DNA from: Cycas panzhihuaensis
Taxonomy: Eukaryota > Plantae > Cycadophyta
Direction: 5' to 3'
Assembly (NCBI GenBank): GCA_023213395.1
Contig: CM041465.1
Coordinates: forward strand, 217,813,741-217,877,740
DNA: 64,000 nt
Made by a program: the position numbers and the translations under genes
Notes under the pieces: generated by a model
Database searches by the model: none
Told to the model about the DNA's origin: nothing
Seen by the model: the letters and a program-made list of their open reading frames with translations, nothing else
Shown here: piece after piece, positions 14,158 to 26,668 of the stretch
How positions within the stretch are numbered: position 1 is the stretch's first letter
Layout of the letters: every line of letters begins with the position of its first letter

Positions 14158-14829
14158 TTGGTTCTATTGCTAAATAGAACCAAGAGAATGGGTGAGATCA
14201 ACTAAAATCTTTTGCAGGTCCTCTTTTATACCACCCACAGTAGAGGCTAAAATGTGTTGTGATCGAGGGGAGCATTGGGAGAAAGAAATAATCCAAGAGA
14301 CAATATGCAAATCTAGATTTGTAATTACACCAAAGAAGTAGGTGCAGAGGTAACCATTTGCATGTTCAATAGAAAAGGGAAAATTAAAAAATAAGGAAGG
14401 AGGAAAGGATTAAAGTCTAGGTATAACAGAGACATGGGAAAAAGAAGAAAGTAATCATATGTGTGTAAAATAAGAGGATCTGGAAAAAGAGGCATAAGCA
14501 TTGAGTGCAGACGAAGATATTTAGTAGGACTTTGTTGAAGAAAATATAGAAAAAATAGAAGCATTAATAAAAGAATAGAATTCCATTGAGTTGGGAATAT
14601 ATAATGTGGCAAAACAGGCTTGGAATCATCATTTATGAGAAATCTAAACTCTGAGCCATATAATAAATCCCTTATTCAAGTTGCCAATGGCAACCCCAGG
14701 GAGAGCATAGGAGGTGTAATAGGAAGAGGACAAAGTGGGATATCAGGTAGGAGAAATCTAGTAAATACATCTCCATACATTGTGGTGCAAAGTGACTCAA
14801 CGTTTTTGAGTCTCCAATGATATTATTTA

Positions 14830-16620
14830 AAAACATGATCCATATTAAAAGGATCATGGATCAAGGAGAAATCAAGGCTTATTTTTTTTCAATATTGAGG
14901 GGCCCTATAGTAGTACAGTTCCAATATGTAGCAAGCTAGTAATTGAATTGGGATCAATAGTAGGAACAATTTCTTAATCAATTTTAGAAACTGAGAGATG
15001 GAATAATTTCTTAATCGATTTCAAAAATTGAGGGATCCAATAGCTATCATGCAAGCTTTGGAAGAAATCCATTAGTATTTAGGGGAGTCTATGAATGATT
15101 TTGATAAAAGGATAAAAGTTATAATGAATAAGATGTAGGTGTCAACAGTAGTTAATCCAATGCTAGCAAAGAAATATTTTGTACAAGGATTGATACCTCA
15201 ATTGAGAGATAAAGTAATGCTACATCCAATGAATAGTTACGAGCAAGTGAGGGAATTAGCACTAACATTTAAAAATCAAATGAAATTAGTTTATTCCCAA
15301 ATGATGATATAACCCCCAATATATTGTTTTAGTATGTGAACACAACCCACGCCATAAATGGGTACTAATCCAGAAATCGAGGCTTTGAAGAAAGAAGTAG
15401 AAGCATTGAAACAATAACCTACAGTTTTTGTTCCAAGCGGCATGCAACATATGCAGAAATTAGAAAAGCTCTATACAGAGTTATCCTGATTATGACTAGA
15501 AAAATTAAGAGAGAATATTTTGTGCCATCTACCATGTGATCAATAAGGACACCTAAAAAATAAGCATGGAGGATCCATAAAATGGTGTGAGAATTGTTGA
15601 AGGAATAATCATTATACATGGGAATGCTATTTTTGACCAAAAATTAATGAAGGTGAGATACATAATGTTTACTTACAAAAGACGAAGAAGGGAGTTGTGA
15701 AGCAATATCAGGGCAAGACAAGACCTGTTCATTGTTTTTTATGCCATAGCTAGGAAAATTTCAAATCAGAATATCCATTAGAGAAGAAAGGAAGAGAATA
15801 TATCTATGAAGAATATGTACTAGCAGATCATGAATGGTCTAATTACCCTAAGAATAATAAGATACAAAACAACAATTTGGTGGATGTAATTTTGGATCAA
15901 GAGAAGCCAGCTTACCTATAAACATGAAGCAGCAAATCAATTGGACCCCCTCATATTCAAGATAATTTTCTAGATCCAATTATAGAGAAGCAATGATTGT
16001 AAGAAGGTAGTAAAAATACTTCAAGACATAATAGGAGAAACTTAAGAGGAGAGGCAACAAGGAAGATTTAAAGGCATGTACTACAAACGGAGGGCAACAC
16101 AATCACTAGAAGGTATGAATTCTTGGCAGAGGTTGCAAACTGTAAAGGATATACTTATTGAGTTAAGAGTATTAATTCCTATATCAGTTGTATTTAAGTG
16201 GTGGGAAGCAGGGTATTTCTAGCAATTGGTTTTAGATCAAATTGAGAAACTAGTCCTTATAACTATAAAAGATATGGGAATAGACCCCAGAGTTCCAATG
16301 ATGATGTTAAGAACCACCTTATATAGAAATATTATAGATTGAGACTCAAGGGTAAATGCATTACCTGAATCTTCATGGGTAGCACTGGGAAGGCCTAATG
16401 TGGTTACTCCAGATTATTCAATTAGATTATCTAATCAATTAAAAGTCAGGCCTATAGGAACATTGTTGAATGTCCCAGTAACCATGATAGAAGTAATTGT
16501 ACTATTAGATTTTGTAGTAGTTCGTATGCAAGACCAAAAGGGGATATATCTAGTCCTATTAGAAAGATCGTGATTACTAGCCATAAAAGCAATCTAGGAT
16601 TGGGGGAAACATACATTTAT
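14830..16620 (+). pseudogene. Gypsy gag (several zinc knuckles) and aspartic protease remnant
   Basis: NWDQ..EQFLNQF, YLGESMNDFDKR, YFVQGLIPQLR; knuckles WCENC*RNNHYTWEC and HCFLCHS; protease-type VNALPESSWVALGRP and YLVLLERS*L (LLGRPWL). Confidence 0.8.
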
Positions 16621-17299
16621 ACTACCAGTGGAAGAAAAAACAGTAACCTTCCCCTTATGTTCATATGGGCCAAAGATAGAAAAGATCAAAGACAAAGGAA
16701 GAGCTTCATCTATCATAGAAACATCAAAATCCACAAAGAGTTCTTGTTCTAAAATAGCATTTCAGATGCAACCAAGACTACCAAGTAGTCCCTCATCTTC
16801 TTATATGTTAAATTGGTTGTATAATGCTTGGGAGGAGATAGAACTAGTTGTGTGTTACCACATGGAATGTTGCATGGACTCTTCAAAAGAAAAGAACGAG
16901 TCATCCCACTTAGAAATGGTCCAAGAAAATCTATCTTTATAGCTGAATATAATGATGCTTTGTAATTATGTAATAAAATTTTAAAGAATAAAATACAGCA
17001 ATAATTTGTGTACTTAGTGTCCTCTTGTTTGCAAGCGTGAATTAGGTATGGAGTGCATATGCAAAATTTTAAATTTTGGTCTTAAATGAGTAAAAACCTT
17101 CTTTTAAGGTTTTATAAAAATGTTCAGAAGTAGATGGGGAAGATTGAAGGAATAAAACAGATCATTCAAAAGTAGGGAATATACTATTTTCAGATAGAAA
17201 AAGAAAATCTACAAATCAGTCCCACATTGAAGCATAGCATCGATAGCACACCAACCTATATATTAGGACTAGATGGAAAAATAGTGATAGGGGAAAAGT

Positions 17300-18728
17300 T
17301 AGAAACACATGAAATTAATATCAGCATAGAGGAATAGCCACAAATGATTACTTTGGGTGATTATTGAAAGGAATAAATGGCACAATAAGCAACTTCACTA
17401 TTCTAGAATATAAGGATATGTTTATCTAGTCTTACAAAGACCTAAAAGGTATCCCATCAAAGTTAGGTGAACACAAAATAGAGTTGATAGAAGGAGCAAA
17501 ACCAGTAAGGCAAAGGCCATATCATATGAATCTTAAGTATAAAGAATGAGTTAAGGCTGAATTAGATAAGTTGTTAGAGGTAGACTACATTTTTTAAGTT
17601 GAGAATAATGAATGGGTAAGCCCCATAGTAGTAGTCCCAAAAAAAAAAGGAAATTGAGAGTTTGTATTGACTACAGAGCTCTGAATAAAGCCACCAAGAA
17701 GGATCTGTTTCTAATCCCTTTTACAGAGGATTTTAGAAAAGGTGGCAGGACATGAGATGTTCTCATTTAATGATGGATTTAGCAGATACAATCAAGTCTT
17801 AATTACACTAGAGGATCAATTAAAAATAATCTTTGTTATAGAGTGGGGTATGTATGTGTTATAAGTAATGCCTTTCGTACTTAAAAATACCCCTACAACA
17901 TTTCAGAGAGTTATTCTTAATATTTTTAAATAAATAATAGGAAAAATAATTGAAGTATTTTTTTATGACTGGACATTATTCACTCTATTAAAGAAACACC
18001 TTGGGTGCTTACGTCGATGTTGGAAACCTATAAGAAGAATAATCTCTGTCTAAATCCTATGAAATCCACTTTTATGGTGCTATTTGGAACTCTACAAGGG
18101 CATGTGGTGATGAAACAAGGATTCCTAATGGATCCAAATAAAGTAGTAGTGATTTTAAAATTTTCATTACCAAAAACCCAGATACAAGTGAAAGCATTCC
18201 TAGGGATAACATGGTACTATCAAAAATTTATAAAAAACTATGCTCAGATAGTAAACCCATTGGAAATTCTATTGAAAAAGAACACAGAATAGTAGTGGCA
18301 TCTTCAGTAACAACTAGCATTTGAATTGTTAAAGAAGAAGATAGCTCAAGCACCAATTTTGAGATTTCTAGATTGGGAAAAACCTTTTCATGTACATGTA
18401 TATGCTTCTATATTTGTAATTAGGCATGTGTTAACACAGCCAGAAGATGATAAAATTGATTTGCTGATTTATTTTGCAAGTAGAAAATTAATGGATACTA
18501 AAAAGAATTATTCAGTGACTGAATGAGAAGGGTTGGGCATGGTATATACTCTTCAGATGTTTAGGCATTATTTGCTAGCTAATCCATTTGTCTTCTTTGT
18601 TAATCACTAGGCAGTCCAATTTTTAATTAATAAGCCTATTATTTAGAGAAGAATCAATAGGTGGCTTATGTTGTTCCAAGAATTTAATTTTAAGATTGTT
18701 GTAAACAAAGGGGTCAAGCATATACTCT
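17300..18728 (+). pseudogene. Gypsy reverse transcriptase and RNase H remnant
   Basis: EHKIELIEGAKPVRQRPY, EWVSPIVVVPK, LRVCIDYRALNKATKKD, MPF.LKNTPTTFQR, RNase H IYFASRKL..KNYSVTE and WLMLFQEFNFKIVV. Confidence 0.92.
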
Positions 18729-21700
18729 TGGAAGTGCACCTCTGGGGGGTTACCGGATGCAAGGAGATCAAGCCTATACAATCAGCAACTATAGGGCCAA
18801 AGGAATTTTGGAAGCAAAGGAAAGGATTACCCACAAAGGGCATCCATGCATCGGAATGGGTAAGGGGGCTCCCTCGGTTTTTTGAGTAGCATCCAAGGGA
18901 CCCTCTTATCCTGAATGGTCGAGGAAGGAGGATTGAAATGGAAGACACTATTCTCCAAGAAGAGGGAAAGGTAGAGGTAGATCCTAATGGAGGAAGGGGT
19001 ACCTACGAACAAGAAATGAGTGGTGGGTAGTGAAAGTGTAAGAAGGAAGTTGGGTGGAAAAGAACCAACTCCCAAACAGAGGTAAGACAAGATGATGGAT
19101 TTTCAAAAGAGGTCACCTTAAGGAGGATGCTTCTAAGGTACTAATACACTAAGCAGATGGCTAGGAGTGCAAGGATTAGGTAATGTGTCCTTTGTTTTGT
19201 TTCATAGTGAATATGATTGTGTTATGGGTTGTTACTATTTTTGATTTATCATGAATTAAGAGGGGAAGGAAAGAACAACAACACTCTCTCTTGATTCTAG
19301 CCTCTCTCTCTTTGCTTTTACAAATGTTAAAGGAACCAAGAAAGTAGGAACTTGAATGAAGATAATATAAGAATTAGTGCGAGCTAACCTAGTAGTGCAT
19401 GGGAAAGAAAAAAGGTTGTGGTAGAGGAACTTGCAACCTTTTGTACCCTTACCCTAATGGATATAGGAGGCATGCAAGAAGAGGGGAATGGGAATGCAAC
19501 AATGGTAGGGAACCACCCCACTAGTGGGATTAATGCCTATGCATGTAAAATAACTATCCCTTCCCTTACATGAGTGAGCCAAGCAATCTTCAAGGAACAA
19601 AACATATGCAACTTTTCCTTTTTCTTTTCCTTTGCTTAAGAGTAAGGGGGAGAGGAGTGAGCAAGAAGATAAGATATAAAGGAGTGTACCTAAAACTAGG
19701 ATGGCTAGTGTAGTAGGCCCTTTCTCTTTCCTCATGTTCTGCTCTTGCCTGCCTAATACTCCTTATCACGGTTGGTGTTGTAGGAGAAATATCGGCTAGG
19801 TTTCCTTACCTTCCCTAAGGACTAGTGCAGAAAGAACTAAAAGGAAAAGAGTTGCTCATAAAGAAAGTTTAAATCAATGTAATGATAATAAAAGAGATGT
19901 GCATATCTTTCATGAAGACCTTTGCTTGCTCCAAAAGGTGAAACTTGCACAATGAGTTATTTTCCCTTTCCCAAGGGTGCTAGATACACATGGGAACATT
20001 TGTGTGTTTGTGTATGGGTGTATATGCTTACCAAAGGAAAAGAATATGATCTTATACAAATGTCTTTTAAATAAGCACAATATGCAATCCAAACTTTACC
20101 TAGTATGCATGTAGAATGCTCCAATGACTGTAGGAAAAAGGGGGTAAAAAGGAAGGAAAGATAGCCTTGGAATAGTTAGCCCTCTGAGTATGATACCTCC
20201 ATGTATCCAAGTGCTCTAACCAATGGATCAAGCAAGAAGCCAAGGTTTTCAAGTAGTAGAAAAAGAAAAGTTTGTGAATGGTAAAAGCTGTAAAAAATGT
20301 AAAAGTTACAAATGTTGCAAAAGTTGTAATATACAAGTTTTATAAAATTTACAAAGTGAAGCTAGCACTTTGTAAACCATAAGGACTTACTATAAAAAAT
20401 TATATTTTAAAGGTGCATAAAGGCTAGTTGCAGGCATTGAAAGCAACTACTAATGCTACAACCAGTGGAACCCCCTACCTCAAGGGTTTTCAGGTGTGCA
20501 AGAGAGGTATAGGGAGAGAAAAGTTATAAAAGGTAGGGGGTTGCCCTAGAGGAGATAGCCAAGAGGGTTAGAACCCTAGCTTAGAACTCCTTTCTCCCTC
20601 TGTTGCACCTTTTTCTCTCAACCCCCTTGATAGGAACCCAGGAGAAACCTTAAAGCATAAGAGAAACAAGTTGTAAAGAGGAAAGGTTTGCCTTTTGGAA
20701 GAGAGGTGTGTGAAGGGGTTTTATAAAGAAAATTGGACAAACATGTAAAGAACCTCTTTTTCCAAAGGAGAGAGATAATAAGCAGGTCTAAAAAAGCCTA
20801 CTAAAACTAGTTTGAAATGGTTTCACCTCATGGAATAATTGGGAGGAGGACTTCCCTTAAGGAATAAGTGAGAAATCCCTGCAATGGCATAAGAAAGGAG
20901 TGCAACCTACAAGCAACCTTGGTACCAAGGAATTAATAGAGCACTTGAGAGGAGAACCTATCCAAAACCTACTACCGTAAACCTATGACCTAGGGTTTTT
21001 ACCCTAAGGAAAGAAGAAGCATGAGCTAAGAGCAAGTGGTGGCAAAAGAGAACTTTCTTTCTTTCCAATTTTTTTCTAAAAGAGCAGAATAAGAGGAACA
21101 AATGAGCCAAATTTTGGGTTTTTAAACCTATCTTACTGGGTTATTAAGGATCACCCTACATAGGAAATAGCCCAGCACCACGTGTCAGTTTCATAATTAA
21201 TGCAAAACTAGTCGTGGCCAAGCTAAAAACTAAGAGTGGACAGTCACACCATGGCAAACTTCATGGTACTACAGAGTTTACCGTGGTATCGTGAATAATG
21301 TCACAGTGTACTCAAAATAATGTAGAAAATAAAAGGGGAGCCTGGAAGGACAAGGAAAAGGTGGTAACTATGCCCTAATGAGAGACAAATGGCAAGTGAG
21401 AATGGTGATTGGGCCTAAACGGGTTATTAGGGATCACATCACGCTAAAAAGGTGGTAAAGAATAGGCTACGAGAGCCAAGAGTACTTGAGGATGATGTGG
21501 AGGCATCATGGAGGGACATGAAGAGCCATAAGACGTTTGTCCCAAGTCATCATAGGCTAAAGTATTAGATGTAAACATGAGTAGGTAGGCAAGCCGAGCA
21601 TAATAATCACGCAATCAATCAACAACATACAAAAATGTATGTAATGAAAATTCAATGACATCTTGAAGTCAATGAAAAGCGAGGATAGAAATGTACCTAT

Positions 21701-21749
21701 ACTTACCTAAGAAGTGTCATCCATGTCCATTCCTGGTAGTTGGGAAACA
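18729..21749 (-). repeat. 3' LTR of the Tat element (3021 bp)
   Basis: Colinear with 41165-44350 apart from two indels of ~70-95 bp. Confidence 0.93.
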
Positions 21750-22240
21750 CTGCCCTCTTAGTAGCAAAGCCTCATAGCTCAGAAGTGTAATGTGATGGTA
21801 AATCCTATCAACATAAAGGTTAGTATCACACATAAAAATACAATGGTGTGATCATGTAAGGGAGTGGTGAGTGTCGTGATGGAACACATGGACAAGGAGG
21901 AAAGAGGGTCAGCATAGGGGTTGCATATGTATCACCTTAGAATTTGATGAGAGATGGGGTGGATGAGGGGGATGCCCCCATCACACCTATACAAGGTAAG
22001 TACTGTTAATGGTCATAAGCATAATTAACAAGATAATATAAATGAGAAGTATATACATATGAAGATCGAAATGCAAGACCCTCATACCATGGGTGGTACA
22101 AACGACAAGGTGAAGAAACAAACTTGGTGGTCACCATAGTTTAACCTCATTAGTGACTGGTTTTGGAGGTGTGAGTGAATTATAAAATGGAAGAATGGAC
22201 TATCCCAAAGCCTAGGTAATTAAGCAACTCAATAGGCTTC

Positions 22241-22663
22241 CTAGGGAGGATCATCAAGAAGGGGGAGACGATGCTCAAGGGTGCAAAAGACAAGGCTATC
22301 TACCTCAGCATTTAAGCCTCGAGGAATATGTTAAACATCTATGAAAGAGAAACAAGATAGAAGAGATCTGGCGGTTAAGGCGAGGGCTCTCAAATGTAGG
22401 CATCGTACTTGGTAAACCTAGGTTAGTTGTGACATGATGACTTGAAAGTCACAAAAGAGGATGATGGGACCATAGTGGAAATGAAGTGCATTAGTAAGGG
22501 CCTCGATAATAGTTGTATATTTAGCTTTATTATTTGTAGCCTTGGGGAGAAAGACTCCAAAATACATATAGTCATATCCAAAGGGGTCACGAAGGATCTA
22601 CATAGTAGTAGAAGGTCTTAGATTACCATGACTTCCTCCATCGGTGAAGATAAGTAGTACCAT
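22241..22663 (-). pseudogene. Additional archaeal-type RNase H (aRH) in its own ORF; 3 in-frame stops
   Basis: MVLLIFTDGGSHGNLRPS..*ILRDP..KATNNKAKY..IIEAL..FCDFQVIMSQL..YQVRC.HLR..*HIPRGLNAEVDSL matches the DG.S.GNPG / TNN.AEY / DS..V..Q / HIPR..N..AD pattern. Confidence 0.88.
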
Positions 22664-23817
22664 AGTGAAAAAATAAGGGTTTACACTGAACGGTAAGAGA
22701 AATAGTGACAATAAGGTCAGAAGGTGAAGAAGGGGAGAAGAGGTAGTGATGGGCCTATAATCATTCAGAATGTTATGAATATGGGTCATAAAAGGATAAG
22801 AGAGTCCTAAGAAGAGGCTACATGGGTTTGAGGAAATTGACTTGATGAAGAGGTAGGGAGGTAACAGCAAAAAAGCCACTTTGGGGTTCCCAAAGGTCAC
22901 TAAAAGGGTTGAAGGAGGTCTAGAAAGAGGGAGTCGCTTCCTTTGGGAGCCTCAAAGACTCAAATGGGCAATAAAAACAAATCCAGAATGTCGAAATAAG
23001 TCAAAGGAGTATAAACATGGTATGTTTTGGAATGACGTAAAAAATGAAGTAGAAGGGATCTATGGGAGATTAAAAGGGTCGTCATAAATATGTCAAAAGA
23101 GCTCAAAATGGAGATTGTAGAAGCAAAACAGGGGATGGACCCCGAAGACAAAGGTGATGAGGCTGAGGAGATGGTCTTAAATGCTATCGCAACAAAGGAA
23201 AAGGAGAAAGTACCCCATGGGGCCCTCGCATATATAAAGGAATGAGGGTGAAAATGGAATTCATTTTTACAAGCCCCACGATTGATCTAGAGCCCTTCCT
23301 TCTATCCAACGAAGCCCTACCAAATTTTGGGAACACTTTATGGGACATCCAGCCATCAAATCGAGGTGCGGAGAAAACCCACATGATCAGGATAACGAGA
23401 TGGTGGTAGTGAGACCCAATCCAGTGAGTGGATCATTCCTTACCTCCCCCATTTCATCACTTTCAGTTGATGATTTTTTGGGTTTTTGTAGCTTAGTTTT
23501 GGCCGCTTAAGGATAATTGGGGACCCTCTATAGCTCAAACAAGGCCTAGAGAGGGGGAGGACCAGGACATTAGGTAGCCCTAGTCCCATTGGGCTAAGCC
23601 TTAGCCCACTCAAGAAAAAATTTTGAGTTTTTAGGGCATCCCCCACCTTTTTATGGGGGATAACAAGTGCCCTGCAACAGAGATCGTAGTGTCGCAAAAA
23701 TTATCACAGGGCCATCAAAAAATCTCGATGAGGCCCAGGCCAAAGTCTGTAGTACTATAGAGTTTAGTGCAGGACAAAGAATAGATAATAGAAAAAAGAA
23801 GAAATGAGGCCTGAAGG

Positions 23818-25822
23818 ATGGCCTAGCTCACTCTAATAGAGCATAAGGCATTCCTAGGGTGATAGGGCATACTATGAGGCATATTTGGACTAATATTCAA
23901 GTGGTTTACAAGTGGTTATCATAGTGGACAACCGCGAGAATATCAGGGTGGTGATGCTGACTTTTATTGAGATGATATCATGGTGAGACCATACAACTTA
24001 GAGACATTGTGGGCTCTTGAAGGTCATCAGGATGCCCCAATACACATTGAATCAGTATCTCCTAATACACATAGTCTCTAATTGGTACTGATAGAAGCAT
24101 GTTCTCCATCTTCCCCAAGTGGGGGACATTACCATCACACTAGGAGACATTAAGAGGATTCTGGAGGTACCGACAGGAGGAGCACCAGCAACACTAGGCA
24201 CATTACCTAGCAGAGACACTACACACATGGAGGCAGCCACATATTCCATAGGATAGGGTAGGTGGGATCGATGAGGGGTGTTAGTCTAGGTAATGGTGAT
24301 GTATAGAGTTCCTCAAGTGAGGAAGCTCATTATATTGGCTATTCTATTCCAGATTTCTGAGAAACAAAACTACAAGGATATACCAGGCAAATGGATGGCC
24401 ATGGTTAGGGGGTGTGAGGGTGGGGAGAGGCTGGATTGAGCTGCCTTGATATCAGCTAACACGGTAGCATGGATGGATCAGATTTAGCTAGTAGGGAGAG
24501 GAGGATTCTCATATTACACACTATTATAGTGCTAGTTTTTTCATCACTTCAGAGTAGTAGCACCATCAGGAGGACCACATCTCATCTCAATGTAGGCACC
24601 CATGGTCCACAGATGGAAAACTCAGTTTAAGGGGACCGAGGACTAGGTTTATGTTCAGAGGTTAGTGGAGGCAACGTCACTTGACCTACTTGCCCTAGAA
24701 GACTACACGATATACCCATATAGAGGGGTACACTAAGAGAGTGATGACATAACAAAGGAGCTAGAAGATGACCTTGACGAGGGTAGAGGTAATGATAGGG
24801 ATGATGGGATAGGCCCATTAGGGGCTATAGGAGGTGATGCAAGCCCATCAACACTTGTGAGAGGAGATAGACCACCACATGCATCGAAAAGGCAGAGGGA
24901 AAGCAGTAGGTAGGGCTCCAGCGGCAGCAATAACTATGGTGGCAGTAGAAGAGGTGATGATAACTGTGACTGAGGGAGGAGTAGAGGTAGGATATGTTTT
25001 GGTAGCTCAGGAGATAAAAGAGGTAGTACTAGAGGTAGAGGAGGGAGGAGTAGTAGCTAAAGGAGCTCCTACAGAGGAGATGGTTGTCAGAGCCAAGGAA
25101 CCAACCATCCCATGAGGTGAGGCATTATCCTAACTTAATATCTTTTGACTATTAGCTACTTATATAGTTTTCTTTGATTTGATTTGGATGCTTTCATATG
25201 TATATGTTAGACTAATGCATGGTATTTGTGTCTTAGCAGGAGTAGTAGAGATGAGAAGGCTACTAGAGGTGATAGTCTAGGAGTTGTTCCCCTAGGTCTA
25301 CGTAGAGGGATAACCTCCCATCCTAGTTGGTGAGGAGCCTCGATCGGTGAGGGCACACACAGTGACATTCGCCCTATTAATCAGAGCTAGAGATATGTGG
25401 GTGGTAGAGTCCCAGGGATACTAGGTGAGGATAGGGCAGCTATAGGGCAAGCTAGATGGACTCCACACATAGAAAGACTAGATAGTTGCAGAGAGAGACA
25501 CCTTACGAGGCTAGGTTCAGGCACTGGAGGCTTAGGGAGGAGGAGAAATAGGCAGAGATAGTAGGAGTGAGATCAAGATTATTATGCTAGAGGAGGGGCT
25601 CCAAAGAGCAGAGAGACAGAGATTATATCCAGGCGAGATACGATCAATTAGTAGAGAAAGTCGCCACCAAAACATCATGGAGTAGATCTCACACTCATAT
25701 GACTACAATGACCTAAAGGAGGCCCCAGGACGAGGGGAACGAGGCAGGAGGTCATAGCGGCATCGGAGGAGCCTAGGAGGCATGTGGTCTCCTGGAGAGG
25801 GGTCTCACAGGCGAGGAGGTAA
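23818..25822 (+). pseudogene. Antisense accessory gene with plant mobile domain (PMD, aminotransferase-like), acidic linker and coiled-coil/RG-rich tail; ends approximate
   Basis: LLIHIVSNWY**KHVLHLPQVGDITITLGDIKRILEVPTGG (24060-24185) and LD*AALISA..GGFSYYTLL*C*F (~24430-24540) match the PMD motifs W..ETHTFHLP.GE.TITL.DV..ILGLP and WG.A.LA..GG..LLQ.W. Confidence 0.75.
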
Positions 25823-26668
25823 TACCCCTTGAGAGCAAGGCATCGAGGAGCTTTAATGTATTATTGATTTTAGGCAGGAAATCATTGGACCTCTAGGGAG
25901 TCACACCATATGTAGACGCACGATTGTACTCCTCCCTAAAGGATTCCAACTTCTTAAGGCATGATGCCTAGGTGATGTACTATATGGCCTTGTATGATAT
26001 GATTTATATGTATATATAGACGAGGGCCAATTGGTACCCCATTTGACCCATGATTATGGTATTATGATGATTTTGTGATGTTATTGTATTGTTGTTTATT
26101 TGTTTATATATATGCATATAGAGATAGATGCATGGAGCTATAGGTGCATGGGTGCATGAGGGATTATGCATTATGGAAGTTTCAGTTGATTGTTATGTAT
26201 GGTTTTTTTCGTTAGATTATGTGTGGGTGATACTCTCATCTCCTTTCATATAGCACAACACTCGTAATAGGCACACACGACCACCATGTGTATAGGTGAT
26301 AGGCACGTATGAGGCTAGGAGAGGGAAAGCCATGTATGTCCATCAAAGGAGCAAAATGGATATGCAAAGGAAAGAATGACACAGAGGGAATATAGATACT
26401 CAAGCAAGAGGCCCTAGTTGGGGTACGATTCTAGGCTTAGGAGCTAAGGCAGTTTGCAGACCCAACCTAGAGAGGAGAGGTTTCTCTCGGAAGGGAAACA
26501 AAAGATGATATGCAACCAACAAATCCATGAAAATAAGGGGCCACTCTAAGCCACCATTCCACTTGTGGTTAGGGGTAATGGGGACATGCTTAGAGTAGTA
26601 GTTTAGGATCATTTCAAAGTGAGAGGGAAGAAAGGGGGTGTGCCTAATCTACTCGGGAGTAAGGAAGG

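Noticed and set aside
18827-20336. ORFs apparently conserved twice (18827/41350, 19454/41957, 20100/42603)
   Set aside because: Simply the two copies of the Tat LTR; low-complexity reading of purine-rich DNA with no recognisable domain.
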